Origin: Candidatus Bathyarchaeia archaeon
GTDB lineage: Archaea > Thermoproteota > Bathyarchaeia > Bathyarchaeales > Bathycorpusculaceae
Reading direction: 5' to 3'
NCBI GenBank assembly: GCA_050012255.1
Contig: JBEKHN010000007.1
Location: 45,005-109,004, forward strand
DNA length: 64,000 nucleotides
Part shown: one piece after another, positions 21,079-31,520 of the stretch
Numbering within the stretch: position 1 is the stretch's first letter
How the letters are laid out: every line of letters begins with the position of its first letter
The notes under the pieces: generated by a model
Seen by the model: only the letters and a program-made list of their open reading frames with translations
Database searches by the model: none
What the model was told of the DNA's origin: nothing
Made by a program: the position numbers and the translations under genes

Positions 21079-22377
21079 TCATATCTCGCCGTGGAGCATG
21101 CCGAGCAGGCGGCTCAGCACCTTGTCGCCGTCGGCGCGTAGGCCGTCATGTTGGTATTCGCTGGTGACCCATAGTTTGATCCCTCGAATGTTTCGGGCAG
21201 TTTCTTCTGAAAGGGCGCGCTCAACGTACATGTCGTTGTAGTAAATAGCCGCTGCGCACGGAACAGTGTTCGATTGCAGTGTTGATTTGTCGTACAGGTG
21301 CGGCCAGCCGTCGTATGCCGCCAGAATCTTCGCAGCTTCTTTCAACGGGCGGAGGTACCTGTACTCATCGAGCATCCACGGGTACACCATCTCGCCCGTG
21401 AAGAACACAGGCTGACCAGGCGTGACCTCGAATTCCGGGTATTCCGAACGGACACGCTGGGCCGACCAATTCGACGCAACCCTTTCGCAGTAGATTGACT
21501 CGTGCAGGATCGCGTAGATCGGGTTTGTTTCAAACCAGAGAGAATTTTCGAAGCCGCGCAGGAAAGTGTAACTAATCTCTCGGCTGGTTGCGCCTTGCAG
21601 AAACGCGTCTTCAAGCAAATAGTGAACTCGCTCGAAACCGGTGCTAATCCCGAAGGCTATGCCGAGTTGTTGAAACCGTCTCGATGAGACGCGGTCACCG
21701 TTGGGCAGGTTTACCTCGTGAGATGCTAAATGGTCGACGATTTCGCGGGTACGCTCAGCGTCATCGGGGTAACGCTCGTAGTAGAGCCTGTTCCTTTCGC
21801 TCACACATCGATAAGTAGCGCGGTAAACATCGTCTGGAGGTCGATTCAGAGGCGGTAAACCACCGGTTATTATCGCTTCTTTCAAGCCGTCTGGTGCAAC
21901 GGACAAATAATGCGTTACGCAGAAGCCGCCGTAGCTTTGCCCCAGCACTGTCCAGCGCTTTTCCGCTCCGACTAACTTGCGTCGGATCAGTTCAGCGTCG
22001 CGGACCATGGAGTCGGCGCGGAAGTTTTTCAGGTAATCTGCCTGCATTCTAGGCGTGGCAAAGCGTGCCAACGTCTGGTAGTTGATGGGTGAGCTGCGAC
22101 CCGTGCCGCGCTGGTCGAGTAGCAACACGCGATATTCTTGCAGTGCCCGTTTCAGCCAGCCACTCTTGTCTTCTGGGCGCGGCGCTGACGAGCCAGGACC
22201 GCCTTGAAAGAAGATTAGCCAGGGCTGATCCTGTTTTTCCTTGTCAGTTGCCACCACCTCACGCGCAAACACATTAATTATCTCACCCTCTGGCCGGGCG
22301 TAATCGAGTGGCACGTTGAATTCGTGGTCAACTAGTACCAAACCGGGCAAACGGTGAACACAAGCACTCACTCGCAT
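21079..22377 (-). CDS. Prolyl aminopeptidase (proline iminopeptidase), alpha/beta hydrolase
   Basis: FQGGPG, LLDQRGTGRS, nucleophile GQSYGG, DMYV, EYQHDGL. Confidence 0.9.
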   Translation of the reverse strand: MRVSACVHRLPGLVLVDHEFNVPLDYARPEGEIINVFAREVVATDKEKQDQPWLIFFQGGPGSSAPRPEDKSGWLKRALQEYRVLLLDQRGTGRSSPINYQTLARFATPRMQADYLKNFRADSMVRDAELIRRKLVGAEKRWTVLGQSYGGFCVTHYLSVAPDGLKEAIITGGLPPLNRPPDDVYRATYRCVSERNRLYYERYPDDAERTREIVDHLASHEVNLPNGDRVSSRRFQQLGIAFGISTGFERVHYLLEDAFLQGATSREISYTFLRGFENSLWFETNPIYAILHESIYCERVASNWSAQRVRSEYPEFEVTPGQPVFFTGEMVYPWMLDEYRYLRPLKEAAKILAAYDGWPHLYDKSTLQSNTVPCAAAIYYNDMYVERALSEETARNIRGIKLWVTSEYQHDGLRADGDKVLSRLLGMLHGEI

Positions 22378-22511
22378 ACCTCCCGCAGACCGCGATCGGC
22401 TTAATGGTTACTAATGATCAGGATATAAAATCTGGCACAGAAGAGACGGCTGGTGGTTTCAGTACGAAGACTTAGATGTACCATGGAGTGAAATGTACTA
22501 CAGTGACACGG

Positions 22512-22628
22512 TTGGAACACGAGGCTGTAGTAACCAGGAAAGGTCAGACCACGATTCCAGCGCGACTCCGTGAGAAGTACAAGATTGAAGAGGGAACGAG
22601 GCTTCAGGTCATCGAAACCTGTTTTTGA
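22512..22628 (+). pseudogene. Truncated AbrB/MazE/SpoVT-family DNA-binding (antitoxin-like) gene
   Basis: Own translation: LEHEAVVTRKGQTTIPARLREKYKIEEGTRLQVIETCF*; canonical VT.KGQ.TIP...R motif with an abrupt end. Confidence 0.75.
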
Positions 22629-22729
22629 ATATTGACAGTGTATTCATAATTGTTTAATCAGCTAGAAGCCTTCTAACATGTTGTTGATGATGCGTATACG
22701 TGTAATGGTAAGTATGAGGGGTATCGTTC

Positions 22730-24511
22730 ATGGTTGAATCTGTGGTTCCGTCTGCAACTGAGATAGTCCTGGGTTCTGCCGAGATGGTAAAGTTGCGTGT
22801 TTTGCAAGTTGATGATGAGCCCAAGGCCAAAACATTGCTTGAAAACCTTCCGCAGAAAGTTTTCTTCAAGGATAGAAATTCGGTTTATATATTCTGCAAT
22901 AAGAACTATGCTCAAGACCTAAAAATCAGGAGCGATGAGATTAAAGGCAAAACAGATTTTGATTTTTATCCTAAGGAGTTGGCCGAAAAATACAGAGCCG
23001 ATGACAAGAGAATCTTGGAGTCAGGGAATACTGAGGGCACAGATGAGGAATATGTCCAGGATAAAAAAAGAGTGTATGTGCACACGGTCAAAACACCTGT
23101 AAAAGATGAAAAGGGCAATGTTGTTGGCATACTGGGCACTTTCTGGGATATTACCGATCGAAAGCAGATGGAAGATGCTTTGCGAGAAAGCGAGGAAAAC
23201 TACCGGAACATATCCAAAAAGATGTCTGGTTTGATGAAAAGCTCTGCCGTACTGCTCAGCTCAGCGGATCTCCACAAGCGACTCCAAACGATTCTAGAAG
23301 TTGTTTGCGAGCAGGGATGGAGAAGAGCAGTCATAACCTTGAAGGACGAAAACCTGGAAACGACAGATATTGTGGCAGCAGGATTGACCAAGGAAGAAGA
23401 AGAACATCTGAAGGGTCATCAGCCACCTGGCAAAGTGATGCGTAAGCGTTTGAGTTCTATGTTTGAACATTATCGCTTAGGCGAATTCTACTATCTGCCT
23501 TGGAGCGACCCGCTTGTTCAAGAGCAGTTCAAGTATGCAGTTCCGAGCAAGATGCAGAAAAAGGATGCTTTTGACTGGAACCCTGACGACCTGTTGTACA
23601 TACCATTGCGACTGCCCGGCGGAAGAGTTGTGGGCATAATGAGTATGGATGATCCGCAAGATGGCCGGAGTCCGACGAGAGCGTCACTTGCTCCCCTTGA
23701 ACTGTTTGCTCATCAAGCTGCCATAGCCATCGAAAATGGGAAACTGATACAACAGGTCAGGGAATACGCGCAGCACTTGCAGGAAAAGGTGGAGGAGCGA
23801 ACCAAACAACTGAAGGAGGCTCAGCAGCAGCTTGTCAAGTCTGAGAGACTTGCTGCGATCGGCGAGTTAGCAGCCATGATTGGCCACGACCTGCGCAACC
23901 CGTTAACGGGCATCGCAGGTGCCGCTTACTACCTGAAGGCAAAATGCAGCCCGAAAATGGACGGCAAATTGAAAGAGATGTTCAAGGTTATCGAGAAGGA
24001 TGTTGAATATTCGAACAAGATCATAAACGACCTCTTGGAATACTCAAGAGAGATAAAGCTTGAGTTGAATGAGAGCAACCCTGGATCAATGGTGAAGGAA
24101 GCCTTATCCGCTGTTAAGATTCCCAAAAGAGTTCGGGTAGCAGATCTAACAAGAGACAAGCCGGAGATAGAAGTTGACACAGACAAAATGAAGAGAGTGT
24201 TTGTGAACATGATCAGAAACGCTGTCGACGCCATGCCCAAGGGCGGCACACTGACGATAGAAAGCAGAGAATCAAACGGTGACTTGGAAATTGTTTTCTC
24301 AGACACAGGGGTTGGTATGTCTGAGAAAACTTTGAGAAATATTTACAGGCCCCTTTTCACCACCAAAGCGAAGGGAATGGGTTTCGGCTTGCCTATCTGC
24401 AAGCGCTTCGTTGAGGCACATGGCGGCAAGATCCATGTCAGAAGCACTGTTGACAAAGGAAGCACGTTCATTGTAACGCTTCCCATTCAGCCTTGCCTTG
24501 AGGAAAGATAA
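22730..24511 (+). CDS. PAS-GAF sensor histidine kinase
   Basis: PAS (KGKTDFDFYP...WDITDRK), GAF-like region, H-box GHDLRNPL, N/G boxes NAVDA, DTGVG, GMGFGL. Confidence 0.92.
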   Translation: MVESVVPSATEIVLGSAEMVKLRVLQVDDEPKAKTLLENLPQKVFFKDRNSVYIFCNKNYAQDLKIRSDEIKGKTDFDFYPKELAEKYRADDKRILESGNTEGTDEEYVQDKKRVYVHTVKTPVKDEKGNVVGILGTFWDITDRKQMEDALRESEENYRNISKKMSGLMKSSAVLLSSADLHKRLQTILEVVCEQGWRRAVITLKDENLETTDIVAAGLTKEEEEHLKGHQPPGKVMRKRLSSMFEHYRLGEFYYLPWSDPLVQEQFKYAVPSKMQKKDAFDWNPDDLLYIPLRLPGGRVVGIMSMDDPQDGRSPTRASLAPLELFAHQAAIAIENGKLIQQVREYAQHLQEKVEERTKQLKEAQQQLVKSERLAAIGELAAMIGHDLRNPLTGIAGAAYYLKAKCSPKMDGKLKEMFKVIEKDVEYSNKIINDLLEYSREIKLELNESNPGSMVKEALSAVKIPKRVRVADLTRDKPEIEVDTDKMKRVFVNMIRNAVDAMPKGGTLTIESRESNGDLEIVFSDTGVGMSEKTLRNIYRPLFTTKAKGMGFGLPICKRFVEAHGGKIHVRSTVDKGSTFIVTLPIQPCLEER

Positions 24512-24577
24512 AAAGTCTGGGCGAACATGCCTGAACACCTGTTATCGGCAGACAGTACATAAAAGTGGCACATTGAA

Positions 24578-24592
24578 GGTGCGGGGGATGGG
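24578..24592 (-). other. Possible tRNA-Leu 3'-end fragment (att-like remnant)
   Basis: Minus strand CCCATCCCCCGCACC resembles the 3' end of archaeal tRNA-Leu. Only 15 nt. Confidence 0.3.
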
Positions 24593-24662
24593 GCCCCCAC
24601 TCAAATTTGCCGACAAGCACGCGCAAAAAGTTTAAACATCTATCTGAATTAATGTTATTCTT

Positions 24663-25148
24663 GTGACGTCAATTATGGTCGACGTTATAAAACTCCTAGA
24701 ATACAACGAGACCGTGAGACAGAGATATTTCGAAACTCTCTCTAGGCTATCTTGGAAAGAACTCATCAAGAACAGGGAAGCGAGCTTTCACTCGATTAGG
24801 AACATATTTGTCCACGTTCTAGGCGCGATAGACTACTGGCTGGATTTCCTGCAAAAGCAGAACCTCCATTCGAAGAAGGATTATGACAGATACGGAACTT
24901 TTGAAGAAGTTAGATCTTACATGGAGCACGTTGAAGAACGAACGCATCAATACTCCAAGTCATTAACTGCACAAGGGCTAAAGAAAACTTATTCGGTCAA
25001 GAAAGGTGGCGGCACAACCCTCAGAATCACAGCCGAAGATGTCTTAATCCATCTGTTCGAAGAAGAAGTCCACCATCGAGGCGAATTGAATGCGCTTCTT
25101 TGGCAAATGGGCATTGATCCACCATCCATGGGGTGGAAGGGACTCTGA
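24663..25148 (+). CDS. DinB/YfiT family protein
   Basis: SIRNIFVH...W and H...EEVHHRGEL motifs. Confidence 0.85.
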   Translation: MTSIMVDVIKLLEYNETVRQRYFETLSRLSWKELIKNREASFHSIRNIFVHVLGAIDYWLDFLQKQNLHSKKDYDRYGTFEEVRSYMEHVEERTHQYSKSLTAQGLKKTYSVKKGGGTTLRITAEDVLIHLFEEEVHHRGELNALLWQMGIDPPSMGWKGL

Positions 25149-25299
25149 ACGCGCCACTGAAGTCAAGGGTCAGTCCCTAGCCATCTACTCAGCTGCTTGC
25201 GTCCGCGTTGCGGTTCAAAAGTGTGAAGGATCGGTTTTCGCATTTAACCCCCTCACACTTCTTCGTTGAGCCAGATTAGGTTTCGCAGAGGCCCTCTGG

Positions 25300-25943
25300 T
25301 CATTTGACGGCCACTATCTTCCAGTAGTTCGGTTTGTCTTCTAGAGAAGTCACGTCCATTTTGGAAAAGAGACTCAGCAATCTGAGAGCTTCGCCCCTTG
25401 TAAAAAAGTGATGCAGTTCTCCAAAGCGTTTCTTTTCATAACCCTCCAAAATCCAAAAAGCATTCTTCTCCAGCATTCGACCTGTTCCATATCGCGGATC
25501 GTTTACTGAAGCCAAGTTTGCGACAAACCAACCATGCTGAGGATTCTATAGACTTCGCTTATGCTTTTTTACAATATCCTTCTTGAGCGCATGATGCATG
25601 ACGCTGACACTGACAACAGCCTCTAGACAGCAATCATTTATTGGAATGTTGGTCATCGTTGCGCAAACAAGGGCTACATCTTCTGTCTCTCTCTTTGAAC
25701 CCACCGCCTCGCCATTTTCAACGCGTTCTTCGAAATGTCCATACCGATAACTTCAAAACCACTGCTCGCAAGCAAGACGCAGTGTCTACCAACCCCAGAA
25801 CCCAGGTCGAGGACTTTCTTGACTTCGTGTTTTGTCAAGTCAGGTACAGCATCTGCAATGAATTGAGCGGTCTTCTTCAGTCTTTTTGGCATTCGCTTTA
25901 AAGTTGAATAGTCTCTATCCCAGTTGGACCGCGTCTTGATCAA
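25300..25943 (-). pseudogene. Class I SAM-dependent methyltransferase, frameshifted
   Basis: VLDLGSGVGRH motif I in the 25674-25943 ORF. Continuation VVSVSVMHHA and ANLASVNDPRYGTG...HHFFT lies in other frames. Confidence 0.8.
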
Positions 25944-26131
25944 TGTTTACTTCCGATTAAGCCCGCGCATGGTTTCTTTTCTAGGTAATCGTAATATCTC
26001 TTTATGCCCTGGCGTTAACATAAATGAATTCAATGTTGAAGGTTTGGCAGCCTTACGGAATTTTTAATATTAGGTGACTGTCTACAAGTGGTAAGTACAG
26101 AAAGAAATGTCTGGCAAGCGGATGAAGACAG

Positions 26132-27031
26132 ATGAGCTATCGTGAGCTTTTTGTTTCGCCTTCAAACATCTTTAGCGGTTTTCAAAAACCATTTGACAAG
26201 GCAGACTATGCGATACTGGGAGTGCCGTTTGATGTCACTAGTACATACCGCACTGGAGCCAGGTTTGGACCCACCTCAATTCGGCAAGCGTCGCTTAACA
26301 TAGAAACCTACAGTTTTCGCACGGGCGTGGATGTAGAAGACTTGAGTCTCCACGATCTGGGTGATTTGCAAGCGTCTTCTGACACAGCGAGAACCTTGGA
26401 AATGCTTGAGCTTGTCATTGGGGACATCCTGAAAACGGGGAAGGTTCCGGTAACGATTGGCGGGGAACACACCATAACCTTTGGCATAGCAAAAGGCTTT
26501 GCAAAAATGGCTTCCACAACAGCAATAGTAAGCTTCGACGCCCACCTTGATATGCGTGACGAGTTCTTGGGACTAAGAATGTCGCACACGACCTTCATGC
26601 GCAGAATAAATGAGGAAGTGAGACCCGCAAAAATCGTCGAGGTCGGCACACGGGCAGTCTGCAGAGAAGAGCTAAGGTACGCAAGAAAGGCAGGAATAGA
26701 GTTTTTGACGACGCAGCAGATCAGAAAAGAAGGAACCAAACGTACATTAGAACAGTTGAGGGAAACGCTGGCGAGTTACAAGAACGTCTACGTATCGGTC
26801 GACATGGACATTCTTGACCCGGCTTTCGTGCCTGCCGTACAGAACCCAGAGGCTGACGGTTTAGAAATGCGCTCTCTGCTTGACATTCTGGCAGGCGTAT
26901 GTGATAAGCGTGTAGTCGGCTTTGATGTCCTAGAGATTGCGCCTGACTACGACCGAGGAATCTCTGCGATCCAGGCGGCAAAAGTCATTTTCGAAATGCT
27001 TTGCCAAATAGAAAAGTCAAGGACAGCCTAG
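26132..27031 (+). CDS. speB: Agmatinase
   Basis: GGEHTIT, DAHLD, DMDILDP motifs. Confidence 0.93.
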   Translation: MSYRELFVSPSNIFSGFQKPFDKADYAILGVPFDVTSTYRTGARFGPTSIRQASLNIETYSFRTGVDVEDLSLHDLGDLQASSDTARTLEMLELVIGDILKTGKVPVTIGGEHTITFGIAKGFAKMASTTAIVSFDAHLDMRDEFLGLRMSHTTFMRRINEEVRPAKIVEVGTRAVCREELRYARKAGIEFLTTQQIRKEGTKRTLEQLRETLASYKNVYVSVDMDILDPAFVPAVQNPEADGLEMRSLLDILAGVCDKRVVGFDVLEIAPDYDRGISAIQAAKVIFEMLCQIEKSRTA

Positions 27032-27235
27032 TCGCAAATGAAAGAAGTCAAAGAGTGCCGCGACGGGAAGTCGGAGGATACGAAAGGAGACCTATGCCAA
27101 GAAGGATTATCCTCAAGAACTATTTGACAGAATACTTGAATATGAGCTTGCTTTGTGTAAGAAACTCGATGCCCTGACATTAGCAGAACACTTCTGGGAA
27201 GGAACACGCAAGCCAAGCCTTTCTAAATGGGCTCT

Positions 27236-28598
27236 TCAATCCTTGCTTTTCACAAGCTTCGCTATGAACAGGCCGCTACACTGATGAACGTGCGGATACA
27301 GTCTCTGACACTTATCAAGTCCTCTTAAGCCTCCTAAACCTATTCTCGGCAGTATTTCGGTCAGCGAAAACTGAGGATGCCATTTCAGAAACCTTTCAAC
27401 GAGCATCTCATTTTCTTCAACTGTTATGCTGAATGTGGAATAGACCAATGCGCCCTCAGGCCTGACGTATTTCGAGCAGTTGTCCAACATCTCCCATTGA
27501 ATTTGAGCCATTCTGTCCACGGAACTTGGCGTCAGCCTCCATTTGAACGAGGGCAATCTACCAAAGATGCCTGTTCCTGTGCACGGTGGGTCCAACACCA
27601 CCAAGTCTGCTTCTACGTCGAAAGGCAATGGGCTGCGAGCGTTAGCGATGATTGGCTCGGCAATCTTCACGCCCATGCGCTTCACCTCGCTCTTCCAAGA
27701 GACCATTCCTGCGCCTAGAATAGTCCACAGAAAGGATACGGCCATCGTTTTGCATCAGCCGCCCCAGGTATGGCGTCTTTCCTCCGGGAGCGGAACAGAC
27801 GTCCAAGACGGTCATACTTGGAGCTGGATTTGCTGCTTCAGCTGCAAAAGAGCTTGCTTTGTCCTGGATGTAAACAAGGCCTTCTTTGAAGCAGGAGGTT
27901 TCTGTTACGGGTTGTCTTGCATTCTTGACCTCGTACGCAAACATTAAATCTTTAACCTTATCAGCCTCAACCCCGTCTTCAGCGAGCTTCTTCAGAATTC
28001 CGTCTCGTTCAGAATTAAGCGTGTTCAACCTTACGTAAGTTGGCATGGGCGATCTGTTCGATTCCAGCATCGCTATGGCGTCTCTTCTACCAAAAAGCCT
28101 GAAACAGTATTCGACAAACCATGTCTAGTGAAAAGTGCACAGTGCGACTCGAGCTTCATCATTTTTCTGCTCTAGGACCACCTCAGGTCTTTGCGTTAGC
28201 AGCATGCCTAGAATAGGCTCGATGGATCGCAAGGTTTTCCATCCTAGAACGGAGCGTGCCAGTTTGGCTATGTTTTCAGCCTCTTCAACGTCAATTTCAG
28301 ACCAGCGCTTCGCTATTCTGGTTTGATACACGTAAAGCCGCAGGAAAGCTTGAACGCCAAGGCTGAATTGACCTAGGTCTGCAGGCTTAATGGCGTTGTT
28401 TACAAAAGCATCTATGAAGTTCTGTCTCCGAACAGTTTCGTACACAAGCAAGCGAGCAAGGCGGACAGCATCTGGGTCTCGCATTCTCAGCTGTTTAACG
28501 GTCCTCGCCAAAGCTGAAGATTCCTTCAGTCTTCGCATTTGCATCCAGCTGAGAGTCTCAATCGCAACCGTCCAAGCTTCCCTGAGCAAAGTGTCCAC
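27236..28598 (-). pseudogene. RsmB/NOL1/NOP2 RNA m5C methyltransferase with NusB-like N-terminus, disrupted
   Basis: In-frame TAG at 28125; frameshift near 27708. Motifs IQDKAS, DVCSAPGGKT, DPPCTGTG. Catalytic STCS reads STFS. Confidence 0.88.
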
Positions 28599-28819
28599 AC
28601 GTCAGATATATGTAAGATTCTACATAAAAATTGAAGGCGACATTCATTCCGCGTCCGGCTTGAAATCAATGTTCTTAGAGAACAGGCGCGTGACCGTTGC
28701 TGAGGCTATCGGCGAGGCTAAAAACTATTCCAATTATGAGAAACGATGTGGCCTACAGCATCTAGGGACAAGAGATTTTAAGCAATCCAATTCATAAAAA
28801 TAGTCAGGTCAAGACCTAG

Positions 28820-31507
28820 ATGACACAGAAACACCTGGAGGATTTTCCGCCCAAGGAACAGAGACCTTCGACTGAAAAGAAAGTTGACTCTGGGCCATTG
28901 GCAATCGGCGAGCTTGGAATGGGAGAAAGGAGAAAGCGCGTCTTTCCCCCGCTTGCTCCTGAGAACTTACCATGCTCATACTTTGTCTCAGCCACCTATG
29001 ACGGGAGGGCTGGCAAGGCAGTAATCAAACTCTATGAACCAATTTCGGGCCAGATCTACTTCTGGTATGACAACACAGGCCACCAACCGTACTGTCTCAC
29101 AAACCTTTCGCAGTATGAGCTTGAAAAAATCAGCCGTGTAATTCAACACCCAGGCTTCGACCGTTTTGAGATTGTGGAAAAATTTGACCCGCTGCTAGAC
29201 AGGAAGGTGAAGGTCACGAAAATAGTGACCAAAGATCCGTTGGCTATCGGCGGCCGACCTACGGGATGTATTAGGGACATAATTCCAGAGGATTTCCCAA
29301 ATGTCTCGGACTCGCCGGTTGCATCGCAAGATATCAAAGTCTGGGAGTCAACGATAAAGTACTACCAATCCTACATTTACGACCGGCAACTTCTGCCTGG
29401 AATGATTTACGAGGTAAGAGACTGTAACCTCGTCCTGAAAAGGCTGGAAGAAGCCGACAAGACCGTGGACCAGATTCGAGGAACCTTCAAGGACGCGACT
29501 GATGAAGAGTTGGAATTCATCGAAGAATGGGCAAGACTGCTGGAATACCCTGCTCCCAAGTTTCGCCGCGTGGCCCTCGACATAGAAGTGTTGGCCCCAA
29601 TCCCTACAAGAGTACCTGACCCCCGCGAAGCAGCTTGCCCGATTATATGTGTTTCACTCTACAGTTCAGATGGACTAAAGAAAGTCTTGCTCCTGAAACG
29701 CGAAGGAGTCCGCGAGGGAACGGAGCACCTGTCCGCGGATGTGAGGCTTGAAAGTTTTGATTCAGAGGAGAAACTTGTAAGGTCTGTTCTTGACGCGTTG
29801 TGGGACTATCCTTTCGTCCTAACTTTCAACGGGGACGACTTTGACCTGCCATATTTGTTCCACCGCGCGCTGAACCTTGGCATCAGACGAAACGAGATCC
29901 CAATAGAAGTTGGCAAAAGATCCTGCTCGCTGAGTTACGGAGTTCACGTTGACCTGTACAAGTTTTTCTTCAACCGTTCAATTCAGATTTACGCTTTCAA
30001 CAACCGTTACAGGGACGTGACGCTGAATGACATTGGAAAAGCTCTGATCGGACTTGAAAAAGTGCCGCTCGACAAGACTCTAGGCGAGTTAACTTACACC
30101 GATCTTGCCGAGTATTGCCTCAGAGACTCTGAAATCACTTTCAGACTTACAAGTTTTGAAGACGAACTCGTCATGAAGCTGATCCTCGTTCTTGCAAGAA
30201 TCAGCAGCATGCCGATGGAAGACGTGAGTCGACAAGGCGTCTCTCGCTGGATAAGAAACTTTCTGCAACGGGAGCACCGCAAGAGGAACATGCTCATCCC
30301 GAATCCCATAGACATACTCGCAACGAAGGGCAAAACCGCAACGAAAGCAATCATAAAGGGCAAGAAATACAAGGGAGCAATAGTCGTCGAGCCTGTGCCA
30401 GGAGTGTACTTCAACGTCGCTGTCATGGATTTTCCAAGCCTGTACCCGTCAATCATCAAAGTGTGGAACCTAGGCTACCAGTCCATATTGTGTCCACATC
30501 CCGAATGCCGCGGCAACGTCGTTCCAGGCACGCCAAACTGGGTTTGTACCAGGAAACGAGCGTTAGAGAGCCTGTTGATCGGTTCGTTGAGAGATCTGCG
30601 TGTGCAGTGGTACAAGCCTAAGACGAAAGACAAGTCTCTCAGCACAGATTTGAGAAGCTGGTACAACATCACTCAGGGAGCTCTTAAAGTCATCCTGAAC
30701 GCGAGCTACGGAGTCTTCGGAGCTGAAAGCTTTGACCTCTACTGCCCACCAGTGGCTGAGGCAACAGCAGCCATCGGAAGACACTCAATAACACAGATAC
30801 TCAACAAAGCAGAACAGTTGAGCATCCAAGTGCTCTACGGAGACACGGACAGCCTCTTCCTGAAAAACCCTTCAAAACAGCAAACTGAAGAACTGGCACA
30901 CTGGACAGAACACGAACTTAAAATGAGCTTGGACGTTGACAAGGTTTACAGGTACGCAGTTTTCAGCTCCCGCAAAAAGAACTATCTCGGAGTCTTTGAA
31001 GAGGGAACGGTTGACGTCAAGGGGTTGACAGGAAAGAAGAAACACATTCCAATTCTCATCAAGAAAGCCTTCGACAAAATGAAGGACCGCCTCGCACAGG
31101 TCAAAACTCCGACAGATTTTGAAAGGACAAAGAAGAACATCGGCGAAATTGTCCGCGAATGCTACATGCAGTTGAGGAGGCGAGAATGGGAGAACCTCAA
31201 CGAATTAGCGTTCAACGTGGTCCTAGGCGAAGAAATCGGACACTACACAAAGACAACTCCCCAACACGTTAAAGCCGCAAAGATTCTACAGGAGAATGGT
31301 GCGGAGCTGAGAGCCGGGGACCTCATAAGCTTCGTCAAGACGACCAGGGAGCCACACGTGAAACCAGTTGAGTTGGCGACTAAGAACGAGGTCGACGTTG
31401 ACAAATACGTAGCCTACCTGCATTCGACGTTTGACCAAGTCCTAGATGCGTTGGGTCTGGACTTTGACGAAATAATAGGACTGACGAAACTGGAGAGATT
31501 CATGTAA
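28820..31507 (+). CDS. polB1: Family B DNA polymerase, PolB1 type
   Basis: DIEV exo I, FNGDDFDLPY, DFPSLYPS, KVILNASYG, YGDTDS; N-terminal WYDNTGHQPY typical of PolB1. Confidence 0.95.
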   Translation: MTQKHLEDFPPKEQRPSTEKKVDSGPLAIGELGMGERRKRVFPPLAPENLPCSYFVSATYDGRAGKAVIKLYEPISGQIYFWYDNTGHQPYCLTNLSQYELEKISRVIQHPGFDRFEIVEKFDPLLDRKVKVTKIVTKDPLAIGGRPTGCIRDIIPEDFPNVSDSPVASQDIKVWESTIKYYQSYIYDRQLLPGMIYEVRDCNLVLKRLEEADKTVDQIRGTFKDATDEELEFIEEWARLLEYPAPKFRRVALDIEVLAPIPTRVPDPREAACPIICVSLYSSDGLKKVLLLKREGVREGTEHLSADVRLESFDSEEKLVRSVLDALWDYPFVLTFNGDDFDLPYLFHRALNLGIRRNEIPIEVGKRSCSLSYGVHVDLYKFFFNRSIQIYAFNNRYRDVTLNDIGKALIGLEKVPLDKTLGELTYTDLAEYCLRDSEITFRLTSFEDELVMKLILVLARISSMPMEDVSRQGVSRWIRNFLQREHRKRNMLIPNPIDILATKGKTATKAIIKGKKYKGAIVVEPVPGVYFNVAVMDFPSLYPSIIKVWNLGYQSILCPHPECRGNVVPGTPNWVCTRKRALESLLIGSLRDLRVQWYKPKTKDKSLSTDLRSWYNITQGALKVILNASYGVFGAESFDLYCPPVAEATAAIGRHSITQILNKAEQLSIQVLYGDTDSLFLKNPSKQQTEELAHWTEHELKMSLDVDKVYRYAVFSSRKKNYLGVFEEGTVDVKGLTGKKKHIPILIKKAFDKMKDRLAQVKTPTDFERTKKNIGEIVRECYMQLRRREWENLNELAFNVVLGEEIGHYTKTTPQHVKAAKILQENGAELRAGDLISFVKTTREPHVKPVELATKNEVDVDKYVAYLHSTFDQVLDALGLDFDEIIGLTKLERFM

Positions 31508-31520
31508 GGCTTTGCAGTCA

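Noticed and set aside
27085-27230. Possible methyltransferase C-terminal relic (ELFDRILEYELALCKK)
   Set aside because: Too short and motif-poor to support without a search.
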